A stretch of 64,000 nucleotides of DNA from Malacoraja senta (lineage: Eukaryota). The stretch spans positions 13,702,001-13,766,000 of the forward strand of contig CM075989.1 of assembly GCA_038087875.1 (NCBI GenBank), in the 5' to 3' direction. The notes under the pieces are model-generated. The model was not told the origin of the DNA. It did not search any database and worked only from the letters and a program-made list of their open reading frames with translations. Within the stretch, counting starts at the first letter, position 1, and the number at the start of each line of letters is the position of its first letter. Shown here one piece after another: positions 48,731 through 62,319 of this stretch. A program made the position numbers and the translations under genes.

Positions 48731-49350
48731 AAATTTTCTCCGCTCCTCCAAGAGTGAACAGCGAAGAACAATGTCAGGTTGAGCATTCCTGGAAGAAAAG
48801 TGGCAATAAATGCAACAAGTAGAAATCGAAAAACTTCAGATGCTGGAATTTATTTCCTGATGTAAGGGAACAACTAAAATTTAGGGATCATACAAAGCTG
48901 AAATGTTTTATAATACTTCCTTTCACTTTTATTCCAACTCTTGCTCAGAAAAGGCAAATGTACAACTCAGTGACCCCTCTCCCCATGCGTGCAGTGGTAA
49001 ATACAATGTACGTAATTAAATCCAATTTGTGGTAGGCAATCCCTGCTTTATGGCCATTTCGTAATGGAAATTCACTTTTGCAGAATTTGCAAATCACTCC
49101 AAAAATGTGCAAAATGTAATAACATTTGCTCAAATTAAATTTGTGAAAAAACTTAAATTTATTTATAACGCATATCTTGATGCATGTGCTGATGCCGCAT
49201 CTTTTTGTAATAGAAATTCACGGTACAAGCCACTTTCTAGGAATGCATCCCCCTCTTTCCCCCCCCCTTTAGTCTAAATAGATATTTCACCTGGTTAGAC
49301 AAACTGTTGCCATCTCAGATCCTGATTATGTTACTTGCGTTCATCTGCAG

Positions 49351-49478
49351 ATTCTCTATTCGATACATTTCATGCAGTGGGTGACGTGATGAACTTTTGT
49401 CAGATACTTGCAATTGTGGAGGTTATAAATCCGCTGCTGGGATTGGTGAAAACTTCATTGGTGCCTGCAATAATCCAG
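49351..49478 (+). CDS. HACD3: HACD3 exon 7
   Basis: SLFDTFHAVGDVMNFCQILAIVEVINPLLGLVKTSLVPAIIQ. Confidence 0.93.
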
Positions 49479-49919
49479 GTATGCTGAGGGCATTGGACAG
49501 AATGCTGGGTGGATGGTCAGGAAGAGAAAGAGACATCACTACTCCATTTCTAGCAGGAGAATGCTTTTGTGCAAGATTTTGCTTCTTACTAAGTGTGACC
49601 ATGGGGATGTGTACGAGGAACCTTTGAAATCTTTTGTTGTCCCCATTTATTAACCTGAACATTGCACATTTTAAAATACTTAACATAGACTGTTTTCTTC
49701 TAAGTCAATTTGACCACTCCACCCAGAGAAGATAGACACAGTAATTTGGTTAGGGAGTGAGTCTTAATCTTAAGGGGCATTATGTACAAAACAAAGAGAA
49801 GAGAAAATGTAAAAGAAATTGGTATTTAAAACGTACCATTTCATCCTTTCAGGTGTGAGTCCCCCTTTTATAGATCAGAATTTACTAATTTTAATTTTTT
49901 TCTTCAATTGTTTGAACAG

Positions 49920-50032
49920 GTACTTGGGAGAATCATGATTCTTTTTGTGGTGATAGGAAGTCAAGCTGAAATGCAGAATAAAGCAGCAGTTTTTGCTGTC
50001 TTTTATCTTTGGAGCATCATCGAAATGTTCAG
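49920..50032 (+). CDS. HACD3: HACD3 exon 8
   Basis: VLGRIMILFVVIGSQAEMQNKAAVFAVFYLWSIIEMF(R). Confidence 0.93.
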
Positions 50033-50959
50033 GTTTGTATTTCACTTACTTTCTTTCTCTCAAATTCAACTGATGGTCCAAAAAACGTTCAGGGGATGGA
50101 TCACTTGCTATTAGATTTTGGCAAACCATAAAATTCTCTGCTAACTTTGTAGGTGCTGGCATCTGTTCTTTGCAATGTATCGCTGAGTTTTTGAAGCAGT
50201 TTTTTTTTTTGTTCCAGATTCAAGCATCTGCAATCTCTTGTGTTTTTTGCCCATCATCCTTGTGTCAGCTATTCAACCAGAGCTTTGTGTTTATTCTAAT
50301 ATCCATCTGAATTGTTATATTTTTACTTTTCAAAAACAAGCTATTTCATTTATAGATTGTCACATAGTTGCAGCCTTGTCAGCCACTCCTGGTAAAGCAT
50401 AGTATCGTTTTAAAAGTTATATGAAGCCACCCTTGCTCTGCAGCAGTACACTGCATCCTCTTACATAATGTTGTCCTACCTAATAACTTGAATGCTGCAC
50501 GTCTCAAAATACTTTGCGTTCAAACTATCGCTCTTTTATGCCAATTAACTTGTTCCAGTGAAGTTAGACCTGGTAGTTTGATTAAGGGTTGAGTCCAGTT
50601 TTTAGGGGAACAATGACAGAAATATTAACAATGTGATGAAAATGCAAATTCCTTGCAGCCCTTGTCATGTTTGTTGCACAACGCCTTTATTTAATTAGGA
50701 GACGATAGCAATTGCATGCACAACCGTGGCTGATTTACTGCATAATGGCTTCTGTGCCATTTTGTAAAAATCTTTGAGGTGCTCAGTGGGTGAAATAAGT
50801 CCTTGTAGGGTTATGTACAAGATACCTGGATTTTGTACTGACCTCTGCATAATGGTGGAGCAGTTACATTATTTAAGAATGGGGCACTATATACTGAAGG
50901 AATACATTTGTCTTGGCAATACTTCAGCTGTACTATGTATGGGTTTTGTTGCTGCTGAA

Positions 50960-51245
50960 TTGACGCAGCGATAGAGTTGCTGCCCTACAGCGCCATAGAC
51001 CCAGGTTCAATCTTGACCACGGGCGCTGCCTGTACAGAGTTTGTCAGTTCACCCTGTAACCACGTGGGTTTTCTCCAGGAGCTCCAGTTTCCCACACTCT
51101 AAAGACATACAGGTTTATAGATCAATTGGCTTCAGTAAGTTGTAAAATTGTCCTTCGTGTGTGTAGGTTAGTATACGGGGTGATCGTTGGACGGCGCGGA
51201 CTCAGTGGGCCAAAGGGCCTGTTGCTGCGCTGTATCTCTAAAGTC
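50960..51245 (+). mobile_element. V-SINE
   Basis: Head, V domain and ctgtatctctaaa tail. Confidence 0.85.
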
Positions 51246-51278
51246 TAATGTGTATAAATCATTCTTTTATTGAAACAG

Positions 51279-51385
51279 GTACCCTTACTACATGCTATCA
51301 TGTATAGGAACAGAATGGAAAATTCTGACGTGGATCCGATACACCATCTGGATACCTCTTTATCCACTGGGAGTCATTGCAGAAG
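51279..51385 (+). CDS. HACD3: HACD3 exon 9 (catalytic Tyr/Glu motif)
   Basis: YPYYMLSCIGTEWKILTWIRYTIWIPLYPLGVIAE. Confidence 0.95.
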
Positions 51386-51529
51386 GTTGGTTGTTAAATT
51401 GATGCACGTTTTTTATGTTACTGTTAAAATATGGATTGAGCTATGATTGTGGCGATGTTCTCTTTCTTATATTCACATATTTGTTAGTGTTTGAAGATTC
51501 ACTTGCATTTCCCCACCTGTCTCCCACAG

Positions 51530-51661
51530 CGGTCTGTGTGGTTCAGTCTATTCCGCACTTTGAGGAAAGTGGAAGATTTACTGTCCAGCTGCCCAACCCA
51601 CTCAACATCTCATTCAGCTTTACCTATTTTCTACAAGTTTATCTTATTATCATGTTCTTGG
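51530..51661 (+). CDS. HACD3: HACD3 exon 10
   Basis: VCVVQSIPHFEESGRFTVQLPNPLNISFSFTYFLQVYLIIMFL. Confidence 0.93.
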
Positions 51662-51974
51662 GTAAGTTCTAATCTCTGATTGCATTCCCTTATTTATTTA
51701 ATATATTTCAGGTTGTCAAATAGTCAATACATTAATCTGAATGATAAATGAGTTCAGAACTTAACAGTAAATGGAGTCTGTGCATGAGACAAGGAGACTA
51801 TGTCCAATGTCTTTTTACCCTTTTCTCTTCCACATACAGCCGATAAAAATGTAAGATTAATTTAGAGAATAATATGCTAAGTTCCTGTGTAATAGGGAAT
51901 GGTTAAAAAGCTGATGTTGGCCACAGTGCATTCATGTTATAGAGAATTTAATGAAGACTCAATCAGATAATTGA

Positions 51975-53375
51975 AGCAAAGAGTTATGCAGCACAGAAAC
52001 AGGCCCTTTGGTCTAAATCGTCCTCGCCAGCCAAGATGCCTACCTGAGCTAATCCCATTTGCCTGTGTTTGGCCCATATTTCTCTCAACATTTACATTTC
52101 ATGTACCTGTCTAAATGCCTTTTAAATGCTGTAATTGCAGCTGTCTCTACAACTTCCTCTGGTAGCTTGCTCCACATACCCACCATTCTCTGAAAATGTT
52201 GTCCCTTAGGTTCCCTGTAAATTTTTGTCCTATCATCTTCAAACTATACCCTCTACTTTTTGACTCCGTGCCCTGGGACAAGGATTGTGACCATTCACCT
52301 CATCTATGCCCTTCACGATATTATGTGCTCTGCTCCAGGGAAAAATGTCCCATCTCATTCAGTCTCTCCTCATAATTCAAGCCCTCTGGTCCCAGTAACA
52401 TCCTTGTGAATCTTTTCTGCACCCTTTTTGGCTCAATGACATCCTTCCTACATCTAGGTGAGCATGACTACACACAATACTCCACATGCAGTCTCGCCAC
52501 AGCTTGTAAAGTTGTAGCTTGATGCCCAAACTCTTGTACTCAATGGCCTGATTGATAAAGTCAAGTGTGCTGCGTGCCACCATTGGTGTCAAGTGTACTG
52601 ATAATTATGAAATATCAAAAGTATTTCACCACTTTGGTCAAAATCCTTTTCCAATATGTTTAAGGACACCACAGTTTTCTTTGTAAAGTTCCTTAGCTGT
52701 CGTGATATTCTCCATGGTAAATATAGTCGAGAAGTATTAATTTAAGACCCGCACCTATCTCCCGCTGCTCCATATATCGATGCCCACATTGATCTTTATA
52801 AGAGAACCTATTCTCTCCCGTGTTGAGCTTTTGCTCCTAATGTACATAGAGAATCGCAAGCATTCTCCTTTAACTTATCTTCCAAGGCTATTTCATGTCT
52901 TTTTGCCTTCCTGGTTCCCTTCTTAAGTGTACTGCTACATTGTTTATACTCAAAGAATTTGCTTGATCTCAGCTGCTTATATGCCTCCTTTTTCCTGATC
53001 AGTAATTCAAAACCTTGTCAACCAATGTTCCCTAATCCTACCAGCCTTGTCCTTCATTCGAACAGGAACATGCTCCTCTAGAATAATTCTCCCTATTTCA
53101 CTTTTAAAAGCATTTCACTTGCCTGATGTCCCTTTACCCACAAATAACCTCTCCCAATCGACCTTTGCAAGTTCATGTCTAATGCATTCAAAATTAGCCT
53201 TGTCCCAATTCACATCTTTCATCCCTGGACCAATCTTATCTTTTTCCATTACGATTTTAAAATTAATAGTATTATGCCACTGGTCCAAAGGTGTTTCCCC
53301 ACTGACACTTCAGTCACTTGCCCTGCCTCATTTCCTAATTGAAGGTCCAGTGTTGTCCATTCTTGAGTGGGAGTA
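51975..53375 (-). mobile_element. Degenerate CR1 fragments
   Basis: 3' tail at ~51980; FINQAIEYKS..LQLYK motif; endonuclease-linker relic. Confidence 0.65.
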
Positions 53376-53974
53376 ATAGGAACAAATATGGAGGGAGATC
53401 ACAGGTATATGGTTCCAATAGTACATGATTTTAACTTTCCAAATGTCGATGATAATGGAAAAGGATAGTAGTCCATAAGTAAAATTGTGCATTGGGACAA
53501 GGCCAATGTTTAGACAGGAACTTTCAAAAGTTGATTGGGGTAGGTTATTTGCAGGGAATGGTAAGTGGTATGCTTTTAAAAGTCAGATAGAGAATTCAGG
53601 GCCAGCATGTTCCTATGAAGGACAAGATTGGCAGCAGTATCGAACCCATGATGACGAGATATTGAGGCTCTGGTCATGTAAAAGAAAGCAGCATCGGTCT
53701 CGTATAAAGATATGCGAGGATAAAGGATATATTTGTATAATATCCTTTACCACTACGTGAAGTTGCTAAGCACTTTACACTCACTGAAAGACTTTTAGAA
53801 GTCTGGCCATTGTCATATGTACAATGTACATTGTACAATGGGTGGTTTTGCATTTTATTTTCTTGATTAAATTTCATTGAGTTCTATGGTTTCATGAGTA
53901 TATTAGAAAAGCTACTCTTGTAACATTGTTTATCTAATATCTGGTGTATTTGATAAATTTCTCCTGTTTTCCAG

Positions 53975-54051
53975 GTTTGTTTGTTAATTTCCGGCACTTG
54001 TACAAACAACGTAACAAGCGTCTCCGACCAAGGAAGCATAAGATATACTAG
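53975..54051 (+). CDS. HACD3: HACD3 exon 11 (last)
   Basis: (G)LFVNFRHLYKQRNKRLRPRKHKIY*. Confidence 0.93.
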
Positions 54052-55044
54052 AAGATTTGTGTCTGAGTTGAGAAAGTATCATTTTGATTAGTTCAATTCA
54101 CTGTAACCTTGCCTTTATATATAAAAAATGTAATTTTGTAGAAAATGAGAGAAGTCATGCCAATGTGTCAGTAAAATTCCAGTAACCAGTCACTCTTTCA
54201 CTGCCATCCTTCTGTGCAGTCGCTCTCACGTCATTGCTGTCTTGCTGCCAGTGCAAGGGGTATTTTCAAACAACCAAATGCATTCCTTCATACCAGGATG
54301 ACGGGAAACTCCACAACCCCTAAATTGCTTTTCATGTGTATTGTTGGCCATATTCTTCCATTTTAGATTAGAATTCAGCAATCAACACATGCTTGTCAGA
54401 AACAAGTGAATGCCAAACCAACCACACAATGATGCACACAACACTGCAGGAAAGTGACATGTTACTATCTAATGGCAGAAAACTACTCTTGCAAGCATAG
54501 GCCCACTGATCTGCTGGGTTGAATCTAGAGCTGGAGTGAGATCCCAAGGTATTATTCATTTGGTATAAAATATGGCTTTGAGTATTCAGCATGCTTTCCT
54601 CCACTAAGATTAGCATATCTCAGTTCGAACAAATCCATAGTAATGTTTAAAGATGCTTTTCAAGTCCATTCCAAGTCCTTCATGGTCTCCTTGTGGCCAA
54701 AACTTTAACAGCAACATCTCTAGTTCCATTGGGACTGAATGTTTTCAAACTTTGACAGCATTCTTGAAATGCAAGAACTGGGTGGTCTTTAATTATTCAA
54801 AACGGGCTTGTGTCATTTCCTTGATTCTCCTTTTTGCCTTGCACTGTTTCACACCTCTGATGCTGTCTTCTAGTTTCTGTGGCCACTGCAAAATCATTTT
54901 CAATCATCACAGTGGCTTTGACAGGGCCCATCTTAGCAGGAGCTCCAATTCCAGGTACAAATCTGGTGCGCTGTCTGTGCCGTCACAGGTGTTTTTTAAA
55001 ATTCATTAACTTAGTCGTTCTGAAGACAGCTTTAGAAGGCTTTA

Positions 55045-56060
55045 ATGTGTAGGAAGGAACTGTAGATGCTGGTTTAAACCGAAGATAGACATAAAAAGTT
55101 GGAGTAACTCATCTTGGGCACGGATGCGGCCTAGGCGGAGGAATTGGGAGTAGGGAGTCTTTGCAGGAGGCAGGGTGGGAAGAAGTGTAGTCTAGATAGT
55201 TGTGAGAGTCAGTAGGTTTAGAATACATGCCAATTGATAGTCTATCTCCTGTGATGGAGATGGGAAAGGGAAACAAGAGATATAGCTGGTAATATAGAGA
55301 GGTATAGAACAACTGAATGAGAAATATGTAAAAAAATATGCTGATAAAGGAAACAGGCCAATGTTAGCTGTGAACAAGGTAAAAATGATTTGCAGACAAT
55401 GAAATTCACCAGGATGACGGTAAAACTAGTATAATTACTAGGGTGGCACAGAGAGAGCGGGGATGCAAGGATTACTTGAAGTTATCTTGGACGTAGGTGG
55501 GCAGGGATTGGACCACGGGGTTAGGATAGAGTCGAGGTATGTGGAAATGATTTCAGTGGGGCAGGGGCCGGCAGAAACAATGGGTCTGCCAGGGAAGTTG
55601 TGTTTATGGATTTTTGGTAGAAGGTAAAACTGGGTGGGGCTGCAGAACAATAAGGTTGGAGGCTGTAGTGAGCAGACAGCACGAAGTGATACAATTGGAG
55701 ATAGTCAGCAAAATGATGGCCTGGTGCTCATCTGTGAGGTCATGGTCCAAGGGTAAGTAGGAGGAGGTGTCCGAGAGCTGGCGCTTGGCCCCGTAGAGGT
55801 CAGCTCGCCAGACTACCATGGCATCTACCTTATCGGCGGTTTTCCTGGGGTTGGGGTTGGGGTTGCTGCAGAGTAAGCAGAGGACTATACGTTCATAGGG
55901 GGTGAGGTTATAGGTAAGTGGAGTGGAAAAGTTGAGACACTGTCTATATCTCTTGTTTTCCTTTCCCGTGACTCTGAAGAAGGGTCTCGACCCAAAACGT
56001 CACCTATTTTCTCCAGAGATGCTGCCTGACCCGCTGAGTTACTCCAGCTTGTTTTTTTGC
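55045..56060 (-). mobile_element. Penelope-like RT fragments plus pseudo-LTR pieces
   Basis: [53 protein letters not shown]. Confidence 0.85.
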
Positions 56061-56239
56061 AGATACAATTTTCCAGTGATTTTTGCTGTTCTTTCATTTC
56101 ACTTTGTAGACTTTATGTTGAGAAACACCAGATCCACCTCTTGCAAATGGAGTCAGCAGCAAGGCTTATGGTGGTTATCACATTATATGCTCAGTCCCAT
56201 CATCTTATAAAGCTCTGCAAAGCATTTGGATACTAACTC

Positions 56240-56720
56240 CATGGCACGTGTGATGAAAATGATGCAATGATAGCTGATAAGGAGAGATTGGACAAACTTG
56301 AATTGTTTTCTCAGGAGCATCAGAGACTGAGGGGTGAACTGATAAATGTGCATCAAATTATGAGAGGCATAGATAGGATAAGGTAATCTTATCCAGGTGG
56401 AAAAGTCAGAAACTAGGGCGCAGAGCTTTATGATCAGAGGGGAAAAGTTTAAAGATTTGTGATGCTCATTTTTTTTTACAGAGTGTCTGGAACGCACTGC
56501 CGGGGAGGGGGTTGGGCGGTGCGAGCGGGTGGTGGGAGTTGCTGGTGGACCAGATGTGATAGTGACATTCAAGAGGCATTTAAGCAGACACATGAACATG
56601 CAAAGAATGAAGGTGATATGGAATATGTGCAGGCAGATGGTGTTAGTTGAATTTGGCATCATGTTCAGCACAGACATCTATACGAAAGGACCTGTTCATC
56701 TGCAGTACTATTCCATGTTC
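56240..56720 (+). mobile_element. CR1 3' fragment
   Basis: RLRGELINV..IMRGIDR; TFKRHLSRHMN; 3' UTR. Confidence 0.7.
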
Positions 56721-59487
56721 ATTCCAACAAAAATACTCCAGACATTTAATTTTTCCTTTAACAACTGCCTTTCTGAGCAAACCCACAAATTAAAGGGAGA
56801 AAATGGATTAATGACAAATTATCTTTTACTTAGAACAAAATACAATTTTTCCCTTTGTAAAACAGCTGATACTGACAAATGATCTGCTATTTCAGGATTT
56901 AGAAACATAGATTTAACTGCAAACAGGAGCTGTATGTGTCTTTGTGCCCTTTTCCTCCTCCACACCACATCAATAAAGGGTGTGAGTAATTGTATCTCAG
57001 TGAATAGTGGATATCTTTATGCAGATAACTTTTTTCAGCCTTACTGGAATGGTGAAATTGATTCTTCCAATCCCTGCTCCTGAACACCCCCCCATGGTTT
57101 CAGGATTGCTTCCCTGCAGCCTCCCACTTCCCATCCCCTCTATTACGCCTGTCAACAGAGAAATTCTGTTCTACATTGAATACATAGACACAAATTTACA
57201 CTGACACTCAGCCACTCAGATTCATGCTTATGAATATTGCTGTCATGAAGCTAATTAGAAAGACGGTTCCTATTAATCTCTAATTAAATATAATAATGGT
57301 ATATTAATCTGCTTTATAGCACAGTACACTGGCAAATCCATTTGCATGAGATGCCAGGGGAGATCATCTGCTTGAGTAAAGCCCCCTAGATTGAAATAGT
57401 CTGAAAGACATTTGATCATTTACAATATGCAAGCTGTTAAATCTGCATTTTTCTTACTTTCCAAAAATCTGCACTTAGATATGCTTTTCAAAGCAGACAA
57501 TTTCATTGCAGCACCATGTGGCTTAGTCAAATATTTATTGTTGGTGAAGCATTTGGAGGAAGTAGGCTTTCCTGTGGGATAGAGCATAGGTGGAATTGTA
57601 ATAAAAAAAAACAACATTAGTGTTAATTATGGTTCCATTTACATTGTCTCGCAAAACGCAGTTTAAATGCCCTACTTGAGGCTCACATCATGCAGCTTCC
57701 AATGTAGTCCCAACTTAGTTGCCATTCCTCCACTCTAGTACATTGCAAATCTCATGTATCACTGGTCCAATTTTGAGTACCTAACCCTCTGTTGTGGATT
57801 ATATAAATTGGCAAAAGGTTTATAATTGTTACAAACTAGATCAGCTATGTGTAAATAAGTAAAGTCTAGGATAGATTTGGGGGTTTTAACCTGTCGCAAG
57901 GACCACAGATAACAATTCAACACATTTTCTCTGGAATAGAAATTCATTCCGTACCTCTATTGCCTATGGTGGTGGTTTTCTGAGATGACATTTGTCGTCT
58001 TGCAGATTATTTCTGTAGCAGCGCTGAGCAGATGACACTTGATGTGTTACTACTATGTTATAGATGTGCAGCACAGAAACAAGTCCTTTGGCCCATCTAG
58101 TCCATTCTGACCATGAAACACCTAGTTATGTTAATTCTCTCTCATTCTGCCTACATTCTCTGCTCTCGTCACTCACTCTCTCTCTCTCTCTAATTAAACC
58201 CAGGTTTTAAATTAAGTGTAATCTACACTCTGACATGGGATCAGTCATGGTATGTGCTTCAGATATGATGTGAATTATTTATGTGCTTTGTTTCCGTCAT
58301 TGAATCAAATGGATATAACTGCGTGTACAACATTATTTGAACTGCACTGAAATCTATTTTATACATTAAAAATAATTTTATTGCTTATTGAGATGCGGTA
58401 AAAGAAATCCTGGGGTTAAGTGTTTCTCCAGTGTCTTTGTATTATCTCCAGCTGTTTGGTTTTACGAAGTGGTTAGCACCAATATAATTATGATGGGAGA
58501 AAACTGAACAAATTTAATGTGATCTTGACATTCATTTATGGCAGATTATTTAACAATTAGCACTTGAAGGATAGGTTGTATAAAAATAGAATGTGTAAAG
58601 CAGCATTTAAACATAAAAGGTTCTTAATAGCCCGTCTGGTCTTTGCCGGGGTGTGCTTCATACACGTCTCCTCTCAGCCCATCTCATTCACTTGTTCAAA
58701 TGATTTGTCGACTTACAAAAATGTTAGTTATACTAAAACAGTATCTTCTTAAACTTCCCAAAGCGGAAGGAGATAATCAGAGAAAAATTACAAATGGTTA
58801 CTCAAAGATTGGCTGATGTAGGTTTTAAGAAACCTCATAATGGGCACAGGTGGGAGGTTTGGGAAAGAAATTTGGGTTTTGCACCTCTGGACATGCCAGA
58901 GGCCATACTGAAAAATACTGTTTTTAGAAGGAATTATGGCTGCTTTAGATAGAGGTGGATAGGGACAAGGCTTGTGGGACTTGAATATGTGATCAGTGTA
59001 GTTCACCACGAGATTTCATTATGAGATAAGTAAGTTCAGAGCATCGAGTGAATTGGTAAGAATATGACAGCAGAGTTTTAGATGAGCTGAAATATTTGCT
59101 TGCATGTTATGAAAATGACCTTGCAAGATGAGGTGCAATTCTTGTTTCAGTGAAAAATCTTAGTAAATGATGCAGAATCTGATAGTGAATATTCTCATTA
59201 ACAAAGTTTCTGCCACAGTTAAAAATAATTCATTAAGGCAACTGAATTTTACATAAACCAAATGGCCATCCTGGTGATGTTACTAGCCTTGTAACCTTCC
59301 CAGAATGAATGGGTCCCATATCTATCTCATTGTTGACCATGTTATGCTAACTGTTAAATGATTAATACATAGTTTAAGTAATATATGTCCCCATAATAAA
59401 ACACAAAATGGCTATCAATAAGAAGGTACATCAGTGGCACAATGAGTGGTTCTGTGGCACAGATGGGGAATTGAAAAGAGCGACAAG

Positions 59488-59778
59488 GTTTAGTTTTAAA
59501 GATACAGCGCTGTAATAGGCTCTGCGGCCCACAGCACTGACCAGAGATTCCCACGTATTACTATCCTACACACACTAGGGACAAGTTACAGTTATACCAA
59601 GCCAATTGACCTACAAACCTGTACGTCTTTGGAGTGGGGAGGAAACTGAAGATCTTGGAGAAAACCCACACGGTCAAAGGGAGAACGTACAAACTCCATG
59701 CAGGCAGCACTCGTAGTCGGGATCGAACCCAGGTCTCTGCCGCTGAAACACTGAGGCAGCAACCACTGTGCCGCCCCA
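59488..59778 (-). mobile_element. V-SINE
   Basis: Reverse-complement head, V domain and tail. Confidence 0.85.
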
Positions 59779-59779
59779 C

Positions 59780-60215
59780 GTGTATGTGTACTGTCATGTG
59801 TACTGGGGTACAGTGAAAAGCTTTGTTTTGCATGCTATCCAAATAGATCAGATATACCATACTTAAATACAATCAAGTCAAACTCATGTACAATAGATAG
59901 AGCAATGGGGAAGATGTGCAGGATATAGTTCTCAGTATTGTACTGTATCTGTTCTACATGCAAAATCTATTGTCCACAATGGGGTAGAGGTGAATCAGAC
60001 ATTACCATAGCTTATGGTAGGACCATTCAGAAGCCTGATAACAGAGGGGAAGAAACTTCCTGAATCTGGTGGTGTGCACTTTCAAGCTTCTTTACCTTTT
60101 GTGGGATGGGAGCAGGGAGGAGGAATGACCGAGGTGGGACAAATCTTTAATTATGTTGGTTGCTTTACCGAGGCAGTGTGAAGTGGAAATTGAGTCAAAT
60201 GTGGGAAGTCTGGTC
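59780..60215 (-). mobile_element. Rex1/Babar-like 3' end
   Basis: Reverse complement of the same family as 17560-17882. Confidence 0.6.
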
Positions 60216-60627
60216 TGGGATGAATGAAAGACAGTTTAATCATAAGGGGAACAGCCAGAGATGGGCCTGAAAGGCCACTAAGCTTGTTTCCCGTAGTCTG
60301 TCCAGTTTTAATTTGTTTAACATAAACTTCATACTGAAATGGCTGAAGAGTAAAGCACAATACATAGGTCCAGATTCTGAAAGGTCAAACTGTGGGAGAG
60401 TCACAGAGTTTCTTCCCTAACTTTGTTTGCATTCTGATTAAGCTGACGGGTGCTGAGTGCCTATACCAATGAAAGATGGCTGCCTTCAGGGATCAACGTC
60501 ACTTTCCCAACCACTATTTAAAAGATCTTACACTGCAACCTTTGTTCCAGTTGCCACGTAACCTCAGCATGAAGATTGCTATCTAATTATAGAGATCGGA
60601 ATCTGCTTCAACAGTAACAAAAGCTTA

Positions 60628-60633
60628 TTTATT
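60628..60633 (-). terminator. Candidate INTS14 polyadenylation signal AATAAA
   Basis: tttatt on the + strand, about 165 nt past the stop codon. Confidence 0.5.
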
Positions 60634-60798
60634 TAAAAATATAGAGTGTAGACTTGCTTGTGATGCACTGAGATCCCAGAGAAATTTTGCAGCAACGGTT
60701 CTTTTACAGCCGCATGTCCTTCACTGTATCCTGTGCACAGCACTGAAACATCAAAAAAGGTCCTCAAAAGTGAACCAAAAATACCACTTCCGCTTCAC

Positions 60799-61050
60799 TC
60801 AAATTCTGTCAGTGCTGCTGCTGGAAAAGTCTGTCTGCAACGGAGTGATATTGTGTTCATAAGCTGCATATTCAGAGTTCCCAGTGCTGGCCAGCTTCAG
60901 CTGCTGGGCAGCATGGGAGAGCTGGAAGGCAGCGTCGGGATGCGCCGTGTCTGGGAGGAGCGTACACTCACGGTCCAGCATGTCTGCCACACCTTTCAGA
61001 AGGTCCAAAAATCCAAACGCAAGAGCTGCCTTTCTCAACCGATTCAGTTC
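60799..61050 (-). CDS. INTS14: INTS14 last exon
   Basis: ELNRLRKAALAFGFLDLLKGVADMLDRECTLLPDTAHPDAAFQLSHAAQQL...TDRI*. Confidence 0.95.
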   Translation of the reverse strand, partial: ELNRLRKAALAFGFLDLLKGVADMLDRECTLLPDTAHPDAAFQLSHAAQQLKLASTGNSEYAAYEHNITPLQTDFSSSSTDRI

Positions 61051-61954
61051 CTGCAAAATAAACATAGACTGAGGGACTGGAAGCTTTTAAAATGTGTGCT
61101 CAGTGCAGATTGGAGGCTGAGGCATAGACAATACCTAATCAAGGTGTCCAGCAGAGGTTTTCTTACACATATTGCACTCCCAGTGAGATCAACTGAGGTC
61201 ACAAAGACTGTTCAGCCATTAACCATGCTAATTATTGTAAGTCTAGACCGTACACCAGATCCAAGCTAGCCACTCCCCACAATCACAAACAAGTTCAGCA
61301 TTTTTAATCCCCCAGTTTAGTTTAGTGATACAGTGTGGAAACAGGCCCTTTGGCCCACCGAGTTGTAAAGTGTAAGTATAAGTGTAAATTTCCACAAGAT
61401 ACAAACCAATAGAGAAAGATAATCCTCCGAATACTTAGCTGTGAAAATCAAGGTAAAGAAAGAAGTGAATGTTTCTAAGCTCTTGCACTTTTGTGTTTCC
61501 AATGTCTATTTCCAACGTAATTTGGAGGACACTCTAAAAGACAAATTATGTAAACACAAAATGCTGGTGCAGAAGAAAAAAAATCATAGTTTCAGAAAAG
61601 GTTTGTTGTTATTTTAGAGAGAGTGAAATGTGCTGTTTGGCCCTCCTATGGAACATTACACTGAGGGTAACCTCTCATAGTGCAGAGTGCTCATATAGTA
61701 TTTTTGCTGCAGATAGCAGCCTTTCCACAGTTAGCACAGTGTGCAATGCATACCTCGAATGATAAATCCCCAGATTTGCAGTGACAAAATTATCAAATGA
61801 TGGCCACCTGGGTAGCCAAGGCTTAATAACCAAGTACAATGAATATACTCTGTACTGTTGCTTAAATCTAGGACTTTGAAATTGTTATTGTCTCAGTTTT
61901 ATTATTGATTGCCCGAAATAGTTAACGCAAATTTTCTATGGATCAGCCATTTAC

Positions 61955-62020
61955 CTTGTAGAATGTCTGTGTCTTTTCTGGAAGTTTCCGAGCATTTCTT
62001 AAAATCTTCTGAACATCGGT
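61955..62020 (-). CDS. INTS14: INTS14 penultimate exon
   Basis: TDVQKILRNARKLPEKTQTFYK|gtaaat. Confidence 0.93.
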
Positions 62021-62319
62021 CTAAAGGTAGGAGAAAGAAGTGATCAAGGACCAATGAAAGGCAACATTTAGGTCTGAATATGTTAAGAAATGTTTCTATT
62101 TCCAGATGTCTGGTTGATGCTACCAATGGTGTGAATCCCTGCAAGGATTATACAGGTGCCTCAAAAGTTTACAGCGGACCTCATCTCAGAGCCTGCAACA
62201 GAGGAGTCCCACAGAAATGCAGTAACTGCATTTGGTTTTGCTCTTTACCAGCAGACTTCAGGGACTGATACCAACACCAATTTATGAAGTGAACCATTGT
62301 CTCCTCACACATCATAAAA

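Larger units (their letters stand above)
37851..54051 (+). other. HACD3: HACD3 (PTPLAD1) gene span, very-long-chain 3-hydroxyacyl-CoA dehydratase 3, 11 exons, 1110 nt, 369 aa
   Basis: N-terminal CS/p23 domain (PHVYWAQR, DFDRWLDESD), PTPLA domain with YPLGVIAE, C-terminal KxKxx motif (KHKIY). Confidence 0.95.

Noticed and set aside
60733-61269. 178-aa + strand ORF
   Set aside because: Antisense shadow of the INTS14 last exon
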